DNA of 54,522 nucleotides, the filler included, from Catajapyx aquilonaris (taxonomy: Eukaryota), in NCBI GenBank assembly GCA_000934665.2. It is 2 parts of 2 records of this genome, joined end to end, with 100 filler letters (N's around TTAATTAATTAA, not from the genome) between each part and the next. Parts side by side here need not be neighbours in the genome. Positions count along the whole stretch, not along the records: positions 1 to 27,161 come from KZ539287.1; positions 27,262 to 54,522 come from JYFJ02005110.1. One strand, given 5' to 3'. Within the stretch, counting starts at the first letter, position 1; every line of letters begins with the position of its first letter. Under the pieces are notes generated by a model. That model saw only the letters and a program-made list of their open reading frames with translations. It was not told where the DNA came from and did no database searches. Both the position numbers and the translations under genes were made by a program. Positions 23,546 to 36,508 of this stretch are shown here, one piece after another.

Positions 23546-25816
23546 GGTGATTTAGCCAAGTATCTGCAACAATCAGAGGTAGACAATATTGCTTAGCTAG
23601 CTCCTTGTTATGCACAGGATTGCACCAACAGCCGTACCAATGATATGATGCAGGTGGCTGATGCAGGTAATGTGCTTGTGTATGTTTTGTAATTAAAATG
23701 AAGAAAATGGAATCTTGGATCGTGCAATAAGCACTCATAATAAGTGTGGAGTCAGACTTAACACCTCTACTGCCACTAGGGTGGGCCTGGAACAGTGATC
23801 CATTATTTTGTAAGCAATGGTACAAACATGTTTGACTGGGATACTGCTAACAGGCCAGTGGAGCCAAATTACATAGAATTTTAGACTGATAGTTACAGCG
23901 AGGATGTTAACCTGATGAGTTAGCATGTTTTATTACAACAGAAGAAAGTAGGACTCTTTACAGCATTAATAATAATCTATCTAACAGAAGAATTTTAGCC
24001 GTAGCAGTTGAGGTAGCCTGATATAAAACAAAAGGTGATACAGATGTGTGATGAGGGATGTGTACCAATATGTATTTAATTTATACTTGGCTGTAAGAAA
24101 TGGGTTAAATTCTGGTGGTATGTGGGCCAGGAAACAAAACAATCACAATAGCTACATCTAGATATGTTCCGGGCTTCTGTGCAATAGAGTGACATGTAAG
24201 AATGTACCTACACATCACTCGAGGTGCACATAAGACCTTATTGTTCTAGCTTTTGCTTTATAGTTTCTTTCCCACAAGTGCACATTCCTCGAGTCCTTCC
24301 TAATCCCTGGAGCAGTTTTGGGGTGCCTGCTGATAAACAAACAGGCAAGGGTGGGGAATTGTCTAACCCTGGTATGCAAACCGAACTGGAAAAGGACAGA
24401 TGAAAATATCTTGGTGGCAATTAGGACTCTAGGAAGACAAGTTGGTGCTTGGAAAGTGATAAGCAGGCTGGGATAATTTCAGGCGAAGGAAACAAGCATT
24501 AGGATATTGCGTCACAAAATATGTGTCAGTATTAGGAATCACATGAAATTGTAACAGATTTATTTTTATTTTTATTATCTGTTCCATATCATCTATTTCT
24601 TCAGGTTAATGGTACCAACTGCAACAATAATTGTAATTGAGAACCATTGTTATGACTTGACAGCCTTTCCATGATTCTTAAAATCCTTGTTGCATCCTCC
24701 AGATATTACAAGGATCCTTAAAGTTCCACTATGAAAACAAGGTTTTTGGACAAAGTTCATGCCTGCAAAAATCCATTGCCCCTTCATACATTTTCATGAT
24801 TACTGGTATGTTTTACCTTATACTTTCAATTATTACGAATATGTATTTGCGTATCTTAACGTCACCAGATGCAATCATATACAAGTTACTGGGAAAATGT
24901 GCAGTACTACTTTGACCTACACAAATATAACTGCTATCAGTTATTAATAAGTAATGCCTTCAGCATAAATGAAGTTCTCCTGTTCATGTAATACTGGCTT
25001 GTCTCCATGTCCTAGAGGACTGGCCTCAGAAAATGGTACCTTAATGCCCTCCCTCAGTCTCTGCCTCAGAAGTAGTTTGAGATCTTACCAAACAAGATGG
25101 TGAACAATTCAGCCTAACTCTGCTGCTCAAATAACCTAGTTGTAGTGCTGGGGGCAACTGTACTAACATGAGCCTGCATGGCCATGCATATGGACCCCAT
25201 CTGGCTCTGATTGTTGTTCCCCAGCTGAGGACCATCTGGATTGTCGTTGTGCAGTTCTCCAGTTTTGCTACTGAATGAATATAAACGCAGTCATGGTTCA
25301 GTGTCACAAGCAAGCTGAAGGTTATGGAAATTCACTCTTCATGTCTAGCAAAACAAGCAAGGATATATCAGAAATGACCCATGGTGTGGGAAATGAAACT
25401 TTGCTGTCAACCACTTACATTCTCAAATACAAGACAAAGTGTTTAAAATTTCAATGAAGATTGTAATGAATTCTAGTAAATACTGTATAGAGTGCCAGGT
25501 CACATTAAAGTCAAGTAGATATATTGCTAGAAAAGCTGCTGAATTCCTCTTTGTTTCTCTCGATCCAGAGACAATACAGTAGTTTATGTACAGTATTTTG
25601 GAAAAATAATTTGTGGCTTGTCTAATCAAGGCAAAATCTTACTGCAGTCCAGATCCACCATCTTAACCAACCCAATCCAAAAAAGATATTTTCAAATGTA
25701 CCAGCCCGAGCATAAAGTTGGAAACGCTGTGGGTCTTCTCTGACCTTTCTTCATCTGACTCAAATTAATGACTCTTTTTGGACCAAGTTAGCTGCTTCAG
25801 GCGTGTGTTCGTGTAT

Positions 25817-27161
25817 TTATAACAGTATATTTGATACCGTAAAAGCTGAGATTGGCAGAGGGCAGCCTGCCGTAGGTGAGGGCCTGCCGTCTCCAACGTG
25901 ATGCTCGCGGGTGTACATCCCTGTTGACCATCTACATGATAGATAGGGTACTTTACTAGGACCATAAGATTTTGGCTTGACTATTAAAGTCACTAATAGA
26001 AAACCAGTATTTCCCCTGCTGCCCAAGTTCGAACAATAAATGATTGTTCGAACTTTGGTTGTGTCATCCATAGAGGTCACTTAGTTATGTTTTTAACATG
26101 CACTGCTCCTGTATTCAGGACAGCAATAATGCCAAAATCAAAGTGTCTTGTTATCTTGGAGTGTTACAATGTATCATTGGATTAGTATGCCGTCCACCCC
26201 TACCGTATTACATCCCTCCCTCCCTCCCTCCTGAAAGCACTAGAACAAGCTAGGCAACCTCTTAATTTGCGATACATTGAAGTGTTGCTAACAGCCTGCC
26301 AGCCTGTATATGATCAGTTCTTCTTCTTGTACCACTTCCCTCCCACCTCCCCTCCCTGGCTAATATGGGTCGAATCATTGCTTATGTGACAGGATAATCA
26401 TGCATTTTGGGTGGCAGGGGAATACACATGTTCATTGTTATTGACTACAACACCTAGTTATTAGTATCTAAAATGTAGGGGCACCAACCCCAGTCACATT
26501 ATAGGTCAGAATTTCTCAAACTGTCCCACTTGAGGAAAGGTAATGAAGATCCTGTGTCCTAATGTGGTAACATACCCACTTAAGCAAATTGCCATTCACA
26601 ATTAAAATTCCAATAAATAATTGAATTTTTAAATCAGTTTGTGGCCCACCTAGAAGTCTCCTGTCCCACTTGTGGGCTGCAGATCACATTCTATGACTAC
26701 ACAAGTTATTATTATCAAGCATTCAAACTTTTCCCCAAATGTGTGGATCATTAATGAAATGCCAGTATTGATTATTTTAAAATAAATTGTGGTGATATCT
26801 GGAGGTAAATTAAGGACCATGTTTCTAAGTTCTTGAGCACTGCATGTAATTTCAGGAAATATTTTTGAGTATATTGTGTAAACTCAGAGAAAATTGACAT
26901 GCTGGTTGGCTCTTAGGGCACAGCTATCTGACCTTGACTTATAAATGGATGGTAAGGTTTGAGCTGATATTGGACAGTCAGCATCTGAACCATAATGGTC
27001 TTGTGGGTTTTGCTGGTGCAAACTCTCAGTAAAAGTGAAGTCCACATCACAAAAAGTGATACTCACAAGGGAAGTGTCTGTAGGGCCATCGGCCAATCGG
27101 CCCGAAAATGACACTTGGGGTAAATCGCAGGCCAGAAATTCATTGGTGAAAGTAAAAAGTC
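25817..27161 (-). other. Possible exons of an unidentified gene cut by the contig end
   Basis: Exon-like open stretches with plausible splice sites at about 27161-26933 and about 25931-25817. The reading frame is ambiguous and I recognise no motif. Confidence 0.25.
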
Positions 27162-27261
27162 NNNNNNNNNNNNNNNNNNNNNNNNNNNNNNNNNNNNNNN
27201 NNNNNTTAATTAATTAANNNNNNNNNNNNNNNNNNNNNNNNNNNNNNNNNNNNNNNNNNNN
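27162..27261. other. Artificial contig-joining linker
   Basis: 44 N + TTAATTAATTAA (stop codons in all six frames, PacI sites) + 44 N, exactly 100 nt. Confidence 0.97.
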
Positions 27262-27355
27262 CCTCAGGCCGCAGGCCTAGAAAAGAGCGAGCGAAGCGAG
27301 TGGTTTTCTTGGCCTGCGCCCTAGGAAAATACGAGCGGAGCGAGGGTTTTCCTAG
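27262..27355 (+). mobile_element. Helitron-like 3' terminus
   Basis: gcgagcgaagcgag-type motif twice, a taggaaaa...ttttccta hairpin, and an ending CTAG followed by T. Confidence 0.45.
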
Positions 27356-27790
27356 TTTCATAATAAAATCCTACCTACTGCTCTGAGTAGTTTGCAGCAG
27401 TCATTTTACGAGCCGTTCCATACCGTACTTGAGAATTGCTTGAGTAAGACCTATGGTACAGCTTAAATCAATTGGTGAAGGTCTTACGTGCGCCTGCCTT
27501 GTTTCAGTACTTTCATTCCACCGCGGAGGTCTTACTTCTCTTTTTTTTTACTGAAGGGAAAGTTTTTGATCTAATTTGTTCTTTTTTGACAGTACACATA
27601 ACTTATGCTCTACACTATACAGTCTGCACTATGAATGCATTGGAGACGATTTTCGTCGCTTAGAAGTCCCTAAAATTATTTTCACAGAGATAGTCGTAAA
27701 AAAACGAAAGTCGAGTGCTATACCAGCCAACGGTTAGTCTGATTTAATTATTATGAAATAGCCTATACGCTAAAATATACGGAATATATA

Positions 27791-28370
27791 TACATTGAGA
27801 ACTGTACCAGACGAATTTGCTGAACTGAAATCGTGATACTTTGTAAGAATTCAATCAATACTTCCCTGCGGCTTGCCTCCGTCACATCTGAAAACTCCCA
27901 ACCGTACTTAATTTTCGAGAAATGCGACGATTTCAGCAAATCAGTTCGTCTGGCAAGTTACCATAAAATACACAAGTAAATGTCAGCAAAACCTGCGTAA
28001 CGAACGGACAGTATGTCTGTGTTTGCATGGAAATGCCTAGGACATGTATCATTTCCAATTCCCGGACCCGCGGAAACCAAAACTAGACAACTGTCACCAA
28101 TATCACTTACAACATTATTCGGGGCAACCCTTCAATTATTATCTACATTGAGAACCGTACCAGCCGAATTTACTGAAATCGTGGAACTTTCCAAGAATTA
28201 AATCAATACTATGTGTGGCTTGCCTCGCTCATATCTGAAAACTCCCAAACTTATTTAATTTTCGCGAAATGCAACGATTGTAGCAAATATTAGTCTGGCA
28301 CATTTCTCAAGTTAGATATTCCGCATACTGTAACATAATTTCATAATTAAATCAGCTTAAGAGTTGGCCG
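27791..28370 (+). repeat. Two diverged direct copies of a unit of about 160 bp (starting near 27791 and 28144)
   Basis: Shared tacattgagaac.gtaccag...tctgaaaactccca. A related sequence occurs at about 19370-19500. Confidence 0.7.
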
Positions 28371-28423
28371 GTATTACCTGGCGATGGCGATATAGCAGGG
28401 AGCGAACGGGCTTAATATAGTAA

Positions 28424-28856
28424 CTGCTGAATCCGGATAAAACAAACTTCAAGAGACTGCGAAAAAAGTATGTTATAACCGAGGTCTGTTATAGCCGAAT
28501 CGTCACGCAACGTAAACATAAATTTCTGCTTTCAATGTAGTTGTACTATGCACTACTAGACTACATACCGATTAATGAAATCTGTCACAAATGCAATATT
28601 GGCTCACCCAAAAATTATGCAGGCCCAAAATATCCAAAATTTCCTTCTGCCGTCTCCTTTTTGCAAATTGTATAGTACCTGAAAAACAATATTTTCCCAC
28701 CGAGGGTCCAAGAAATGCTCTGTTATACCCGAGGTGAGGTGAAAATGAGTATGTTACATCAGGAGTGCAAATACACAGTGCCTAATGGAAGAATGCCGGG
28801 ACGGCCTTTATAACCAAGTCTGTTATAGCCGAGGCTGTTATATCCGGATTCAACTG
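28424..28856. mobile_element. pogo-type MITE
   Basis: Termini ctgctgaatccggata/tatccggattcaactg-TA and subterminal gttatagccga repeats. A related short element lies at about 30503-30637. Confidence 0.7.
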
Positions 28857-29564
28857 TAAATCTGTAATAAGTGATGCAATGCGTTCACACCAGCGCAGCG
28901 GCAGGGTATTTCTCTAATAACAATATGGCTAGTGGGTAAACAAGAATTGACGTTTCTAGGTGATGGCATTATGAACGAATGAATTAATGACAAAAAATAA
29001 GAGGTAAAAAAATCACAGCTCCAATCCTGTAGCAGTGGGAACTGTGAGATTTTTAACATAGATCCGCACCATCCCACTGCACCTTCGGCCCTTTGACGAA
29101 GAAACCAAATTCCGAATAGTTATCGAGCAAAAAAATATATATGTGTTTTTCAGTGGTCTCGAATTTTTTGCGGCGTTTTGAAGAGGAATTAAGTAAAAGT
29201 GTAAATGGTAGGAAATCAATTCACGATGGTGGGGATCTGTGTTCAAAGTTTGGAAGCTCTACCTACAGCAGAACTTGAGTTAGGGCGATTGAAAAAAAAG
29301 TAACAAGAAGAAGAACCAGGAAAAATTCATTGTTGAAACGCTATGCTACGGTCTTACTTAAGGGCTACCGCCCTTAAAATACTTGTAAGTTACATGCATA
29401 ATCAGGCGTATTTCCTCATTTGTTGTGATACAAGTGGTCCTAAGAACAATAACTAATGTTTATTCCCAAGAGGAAGTAATTCAATAGCAATTTCTCAGCA
29501 AAAAGTTTAAATTTCTAGGTTCCCGTTCATATAGCATTTGCAGCATTGTGCTCTTCTGATGTAC

Positions 29565-30120
29565 CTGATTGTTGGCTTCATGAGTGATGGACAATGGATC
29601 TATCACATCGCTTGGCTCGCTTGAAACCGCGACCAACAACTCTTCCTCCATTACCTCCACCTTGACATAGCTAACTACTTCTTCGGCTGGGTAAGAGGGA
29701 TTATCCAAGGGCATCAGTGGTTCCTCCTTCACCCGCAGCATCCACGTCTCCTCTGTGGTGATGCCATCATCATCACATTCTTCCTTCACCTCTTCCTTGA
29801 TACACAACGACATGACGCTGCAAAATAACCGGCCAGTAATATACTTTGATGTACTTGAGTTTGCCTGCGCACAATCGTACCACAGGGTTATACTTAAAAC
29901 ATATTGCGCCATTTACTATACCTGGGTCATTCCATGTCTATACCGCCCTTAAAATTTGCAGCGGGTGAACCGCTCAGGGGGCTGCTGAAAAGCTCAAGCC
30001 TTTGCTCACCCTTGAGCAGGATCCGGATCAATCAAACCCAGGAACAAATGTCCAGACGACAGAAAACACTACAAAATGAAGAAGAAACGAAGAAAATGTC
30101 TTCAATCAGACGCCATCTTG
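29565..30120 (-). pseudogene. 5'-only duplicate of the C2H2 zinc-finger gene, lacking the finger exon
   Basis: Coding exon 29565-29813 (MSLCIKEEVKEE...HEANNQ|gt) is nearly identical to 33035-33283, and the promoter and non-coding exon are duplicated too. No finger exon is visible between here and the contig end at 27262. Confidence 0.65.
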
Positions 30121-30212
30121 GAATTGGTGACGTCACAAGGGTGCATTCCTATCGCCGGGGACAACCGGTCCACAAGGAACGATGGTCTTAAGAGCTATTC
30201 GGGTAAGCCAAG
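30100..30212 (-). promoter_or_regulatory. Conserved core promoter of the zinc-finger family, copy 1
   Basis: YY1-like AAGATGGCG, CRE TGACGTCA and an aggaacgatgg block, repeated at about 33620-33722 and 47870-47980. Confidence 0.6.
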
Positions 30213-30799
30213 AAGTTCCTCATTATTTGTGATCAATCGAGCCCAATTCAATTCCGAATTAAATCAATTTCAACAGGTCCAGTCACTTCCCAATATTATT
30301 GGGAACAATAATTCTGCAGGTTAAAGGAACATATTTTTGAAATTAATTCAAATTGAGTTATATCAACCACAATATTCAATTCCAGTCTATTCAAGTAAGA
30401 ATGCTTCCCAATTACAAAATTTCCATTATTAAAATTAATACATTCCTCAGTTTGGAAGTAATTGGAAGCAATTCAGAATAAATTCAAGTCCAAATTGAAA
30501 TGCAGTTGAATCTGGATATAGCAAGACTTCAAGGGATGACAGCGGAAATCAGTCTCTTATTATAGCCGAATTACAAAAGCCATATGGAAGTATGCTGGGG
30601 CCGGCCTTTCGAGTCCGTTACATCGGGATTCAACCGCATAAATGCTCACAATGACAGAAATAGTTACAAAATTTTAATGCACAATACATGAATTATATAA
30701 CATTTTAAACACTAACATCATGACAATTCAGTTTTCAACCCCATAAGTGTGAACACACGTGAGGTAAAGTGAGATCACTATGCATAGTTAATATTACTT

Positions 30800-32079
30800 A
30801 GATGCCACTCCTCTTCGTCAAAACATACTTTCACACAATCAGCTTCTTCCTTTCTGAGTAACTCATAAAACCTTTTTTTTCCCCTCAACTTGTGTAATCA
30901 GTGTTCTGTGATCATTGATTGTTTTACATGTTCATTAGTTTCGGCCCTGATTTTCATATGCATGACTTCACAAAAGGAGCACACATCCCGTCGTTGATTG
31001 CCACACCCCAAATTAAATTTTGTGGTGAACAATTTGTGATATTTACCGTAGGAAGCGACTCGCATGTTCCCTGCATTCCTCTGTGACTTCCACAAATTCC
31101 ACGACTTTCGTACCGTCAGATCTGGACGCAAGTACCTGCGACAGTGTTTTCCTCTTCCACAATGACTCTCTCCGGATGTCAATGACGATATGTGCTCCAT
31201 GATGGATTTCGTCACTTCTTTTGCACTCTCTGTCAGTCTCGCACCACCCCTTCTGTCTTTCCTGCTGCATCCACTTTGAAGAAAGTATCTGTTAATAGCA
31301 TTTAGCCGACCTCGCCTGATTTGCACAATTCCTCGGAAAGTAGCAGCACACACGTTGACTTCAACACCATTCGCTTTCCTGATGGTGTACTGCACTGTGG
31401 AACGAGATCGTGGGTTGGTAGTGCTTCTGGGGCGATGTCTGCTTGGCTGAGATGCGGCCATGAAGTTCATCAGGAAGCTGTCTTGCTCATCCTTCGCTTT
31501 GTGTTGATATACCGCATCAAAGAAGACTGCAGTGATCAAGATATCGTTTGCATATTACTAGATCACGCACAATATTGTATCTTGCATAATGAAACTTCAA
31601 AGGCTCACCCTGTACATCTCCATATGTAAGCTGGTTAGCTGAGCATCTCTTGTCTTTACCCACGTGTGTGCAACAAACGGCAGGTTTTTTGCCAGAAGAA
31701 CTATTTCGGTGATGCTTTGCCTTATTCTTTTCCCACTCATTCTCATTCCTGGCTCTCTTGCGGCCTCGTGCACTCTTGGTGTACTCAATCAGTGTTTTGC
31801 TGGTCAGGGAAAGACAACATGGTAAAAGGAGGCAGCCATTGCAGGCGCTGTAGGCGATGGGTCCTGGACTTAGCAGGGTTTGGAAAAAAAAAAAACAGTA
31901 GATGGACTTAACTGGCTTTGGAAAAAAACAATCTAATTTCGCTTGCTTTTAGTTGCTTAGGGGGCATATGGTGTGTTTGACCTCAGGAGAAAGTGAGGAG
32001 TACTATAAGCTACCAATAAATGTCCTCAGCTCATATTTCTTAAATAAAAATGGACTTAGGGGACTTTGGAATCCGCCTC
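30800..32079 (-). mobile_element. Decayed Sola-like (probably Sola2) DNA transposon, 5' part
   Basis: Broken ORF with VCAATF, DRRGG, SHCGR and YHKLFTTKFNLG...RRDVCSFC, resembling the Sola N-terminal motifs. Minus-strand terminus GAGgcggattccaaagtcccctaagtcc at 32079. No catalytic region present. Confidence 0.65.
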
Positions 32080-32131
32080 TTCAATTTTAAATGATCTGAT
32101 TCACTTAAAAAAAAAAATTTTGCACACCAAA

Positions 32132-33283
32132 CTAAATGCCACCCCTCCATTGTGTATGTCTCTTCTTCATGTGATCTTTTAAATCATTTACAGATCTAGA
32201 CAGGCCTTGGCAAGCCAGACATGTAAGTGACCTCTCTTCAATGTGCGTCTTCATGTGAGTATCCAAATCATATTCAGAACTAAACCTTTTTGCACACACC
32301 AAACATGTAAATGGCATCTCTTGATCGTGTGTCTTCATGTGAGAGTCCAAATCATATGCAGATCTACACTTTTGTTTGCAAACTCCACAGCATTTTTGAC
32401 TCTCCGCATGCCGCTTCACATGAGCTTTCAAGGTAAATGCAAGTCTAAACCTTTCATGACACATTTCACAACCATACGGCTTATTTCCAGAATGTTCCAA
32501 TAATTGCCTTGTCAAACCGGATGATTGACTCAATTTCCTCTTCCCATCCCGGCTAAAGAATGGCTTCTCTTCTGCACTGCTTATTCCCACATCATCGTTT
32601 TTTAAATACTGATCTCCAGATGATCTTCCTTCCACCTGTTTATCAGCCTCCACTTCCTGCTCCATCATCTCCGTATTCTCTTTGTGAACCCTCTCTTCTC
32701 CCTGGAAGTCAAACATGAATCATTTAGTTGTTCAAAGACATCGACAAGTAATCTACACTGGCATTACAGACTACTAAGAGTCGGTAATACCAATGGAAAT
32801 GAGGAAAACTCTCTGATTATACAGTTGACTTCCAATATAACAGCCTTGGCTATAATCAGGCATTTTCTATAATTTGTGTTAAACCAAGTGGTGCTAAGTA
32901 CAATAAATGTTTATCCCCAGGAGGAAGCAATTCCGTAGAAATATATTGTTCTGCAAAAGGTTTAATAGGACCAGCATGAAATATTTATGATCCCGTTCAT
33001 AGAGCATTTGCAACGTTGTCCTCTCCTGGCATACCTGATTGATGGCTTCATGAGTGACGGACAAGGGATCCTCCGCATCAGTTGGCTCGCTTGAAACAGC
33101 GACCAACGACTCCTCCTCCTTTACCTCCACCTTGACATTGCTAACCGCTTCTTTGGCTGGGTAAGATGGATTATCTAAGGGCATCAGTGGTTCCTCCTTC
33201 ACCCGCAACATCCACGTCTCCTCTGTGGTGATGCCATCGTCATCCCATTCTTCCTTCACCTCTTCCTTGATACGCAACGACAT
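32132..33283 (-). CDS. C2H2 zinc-finger protein (acidic KEE-rich N-terminus plus about 4 fingers), 272 aa
   Basis: Phase-0 exons 33035-33283 and 32132-32701. Fingers CEMC..HVKRH, CGVC..HMKTH, CLVC..HMKTH and CLAC..HMKKRH. Confidence 0.88.
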
Positions 33284-33619
33284 GCTGCTGCAAAAATAAT
33301 AGCCAGTTGCGTACTCCGAGATACTGTACCACATGTGCCAACAAGTACATCACATCATTACACACATTCTGCTTAAAAAATGATAATCTTTCTTATAATA
33401 ATTACTGCAATGATAGGCTACTAAACTCACATTCTGAAAAGATTTTACTTTAACTTATGACGAGGAGTGCAAAGTGTGGCCCCATCCCTCCCCCTTACGT
33501 CCAGACTTTCCCCCTGCTCACCCGTCAGCAGGGTACGCATCAATCCAACCCAGGAACAAAGGTCCAGACGACAGAAAACACAACAAAATGAAGAAGAAAA
33601 GAAGAAAATGTCTTCAACA

Positions 33620-33722
33620 AGACGCCATCTTGGATCGGTGACGTCACAAAGGGTGCGTTCCCATCGCTGCACACCATGGTCCACAAGGAACGATGGTATT
33701 AAGCGCTATTCCGGTAAGCCAA
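33620..33722 (-). promoter_or_regulatory. Conserved core promoter of the zinc-finger family, copy 2
   Basis: cgccatctt (YY1-like), gtgacgtcac (CRE) and the shared flanking block. Confidence 0.6.
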
Positions 33723-35343
33723 GAAATAATCGCTGCGATGTGACAAGATGTGCCCAATAATGTAGATTATACTGGATTTAAATGGTGTCAGAATAATGCA
33801 GTGTGCCACATGCTCCGTGTAGGCATGTGACATTTTTCACGGAATGATTTTAGGATGAGAAGGCTTCAGGAGTAAGTTATATGTCACCAGCAAAATGATC
33901 TAAGTACGGTAGTACTACCCCAACCGCTGCCCATGTCGTTGATGCCATCATATGATACATGTCCTTCAAGGTTAGAGTCTCGCTATAGTACATACTGTCG
34001 TGCAGCAAAAATTCTCGTATGTACTACGTATTACCTTCCTGAAAAGCTTTCTGTCAGCCGCTCATGCACAAAATGTTACATGACTAAAACATAAGCCAGA
34101 ACGTCATGTGATTTAGACAGTTTACAGGATTAATTTAATGCAGATTTACATTTTAAAGTTTGGCCAGTCGTTTTGGCTATTGCTTTGTTTAATTTTATAA
34201 ATAAAGAGTTTACTATCACAGCCCAATGCCACACATGTGTTTCTGGTCCCATTTCACAGGAAACCCAATTTCATATAGGCGCATTCTCATCGTGTTACTC
34301 TTTCATTCGATGTAGGTAGTACTGTGTATGTTGATCTGGGTTTGGACCACTTTCACTAACAGAAAAAAATATCCAATAAAGGCCAAATTTCCAAAATATT
34401 TTTTTCCCTCCCCACGGTATTTCGCAGTAATTTGGCTGAAACTTGATATGCATCAGTGTTATGGCATTAGCTGTGTACAGCTGTGATTTCTTTCAACAAA
34501 ACCCATATATTTGAGTACCGGTATTTCATTGGTTTTTTTTGGCTGCTCCGAAGTCAAAAACATTGTAGCCTATCGAAGACGAAACTAATGGTCATTAATA
34601 AATGAAGTAAGGTAAGCAAGGTCTGTTATATACTGTAGGCACAGGTATGCCAATAAATAATATCCGCATTATTAGAGGAACCGATTGCGACAGAAATACC
34701 TGAACACAATCACACGCGGCACATGTGCCTGCCTCTCTACCACATAGAAGTCCCCGCACAATAGAGTCTCTAACAACAATAGACCAATTACTCGGTACAT
34801 CTCGATCCGCTGGCATCACAATACGTGGTTTTGTTTGCAAAAATCAAGCCATATTCACTCTCATTTAAAGCCAGGTGTTCAGTCTGTTGTGCAATAATAT
34901 AGCGATTGTTAAACAATTATAATATTCAGAGGAACTTTTACTGTACAGAGTGTTCACAAATAAGTATTCATTTCAGCTTATTCTTTTTAAAAAATTGAAC
35001 CCTGGTTAGTAGCCCATTAGCTCGGTAACTGTACAGTACGGTATATTAATAGCATAAACTTCTTCAGAACTGACAGAGATTGCAAAAATTAGCAACTCCA
35101 TCAGCCTATTAGATGTGAAATTCCTGTTGTCTAAGTATAATGTAAATTTCAGCTTTAATGTCTCAAACGCGTAATGTATTTTTGCTATTTAAGATAAATA
35201 ATAATAATTGCACAGTTCTGAGTCTAATCATTTTTCGTCCCTGCACGACATTTTTGCAATAATTGGCCAGAGCAATTGTCACCTCCAGGTCGGATTTAAC
35301 TGCAGCACATGCGCAGTCATGGTCAGGGACAATAACCAAATGC

Positions 35344-35349
35344 TATAAA
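35344..35349 (+). promoter_or_regulatory. TATA box of the Cys-rich peptide gene
   Basis: ctataaag upstream of a short non-coding exon (donor gtgag near 35426, acceptor near 35522). Confidence 0.55.
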
Positions 35350-35542
35350 GTAGGCCGTACAGTGCACTTGCAGTGTTATGACTCGTCGGCTGTAATACCA
35401 CGCGCAAGAGGCTATACAGTTATTGGTGAGCACAGCATCTCAATTAATTTTCCAAAGTTCACAGTCCAAAAGGGGGGGAATTACTACTACTTTACTATGC
35501 TACTCATCCTCCTGATTTTTAGGATAATTCTGCGTCTTGGCA

Positions 35543-36081
35543 ATGGCTTACTTTCGTAGCACATTCTTGTGCACCATGATGATAATAATGATGATGGTTA
35601 CACTATCACGTGGAATCGTCTGCCCACCAAATTATTGCGACAATAAGAGTTTCAATTGTCCAATGATCCCCAATCCATGTCCCGATGGCCAGGAACTTGG
35701 ACCTGGCGGGTTGTGCGGGTGCTGCTCTGCCTGTATCACTCTGTTGGGTAAGAATATTGCAATTCAGTCATCGTACACATAAGTTACATATATTCAGCAA
35801 TAATGTGGCGAGCAATCAGTGCGGATTGTTATACAGCATGGTTCTTCATATTCTAAGACCATGATTCTTTATGAGGTGTGTTCAAAAATGTTTCGATGGG
35901 CACTTGCAAATTGTGTGAATCTTTGTAAGGGTCGGTTAACCCTACGTTATTTAACTTAATTGTTGCGATTTGTTTTTCAGGCCCAGGAAAGCCATGCCCC
36001 ATAACCTTTGGCATTGGTGGACCGCCTCCAACATCCCGTTGCAAGAACGGCTGCGATACCGAGACTAATACGTGCAAATAA
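35543..36081 (+). CDS. Secreted 12-cysteine peptide, fungal protease inhibitor-1 / single IGFBP-domain-like, 101 aa
   Basis: Exons 35543-35747 and 35981-36081 (phase 1). Signal peptide followed by IVCPPNYC...GGLCGCCSAC...GKPC...RCKNGCDTETNTCK*. Confidence 0.82.
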
Positions 36082-36508
36082 GAATAATCGTACTATAGGG
36101 ATTATTATGACGATGATGATGCACATTTCGCCAATATCTCAGAAATAAATAGTCACTATGCTAATGCAGGTACCATCTGAATAAGTTAATTGTCAATATT
36201 ATTGTAACTATCCTACTTCCCCTAACATTTGTCATAAAAATGCAGTGCGTGTAACAATGGTTTTTAAAAACCTTCCGGAGAGGTTCTGCTGGCCATGGGA
36301 TATTTTTTTTGTAGAAGCATTAATACCTGTATAGCCTATATACCGGTACCCTTTAAAAGTTTCGTAGGCTACTCAACAAAGTTGTGATTTTCAGTCAGTT
36401 TTGCTATACATACAGCTCCACTTGATTAATATCATTGTTTCAACATCTGCTGTATGTAGTACGTCACTTGCTTTATTTTTATTGACACACCACGACATAG
36501 GACACTGC

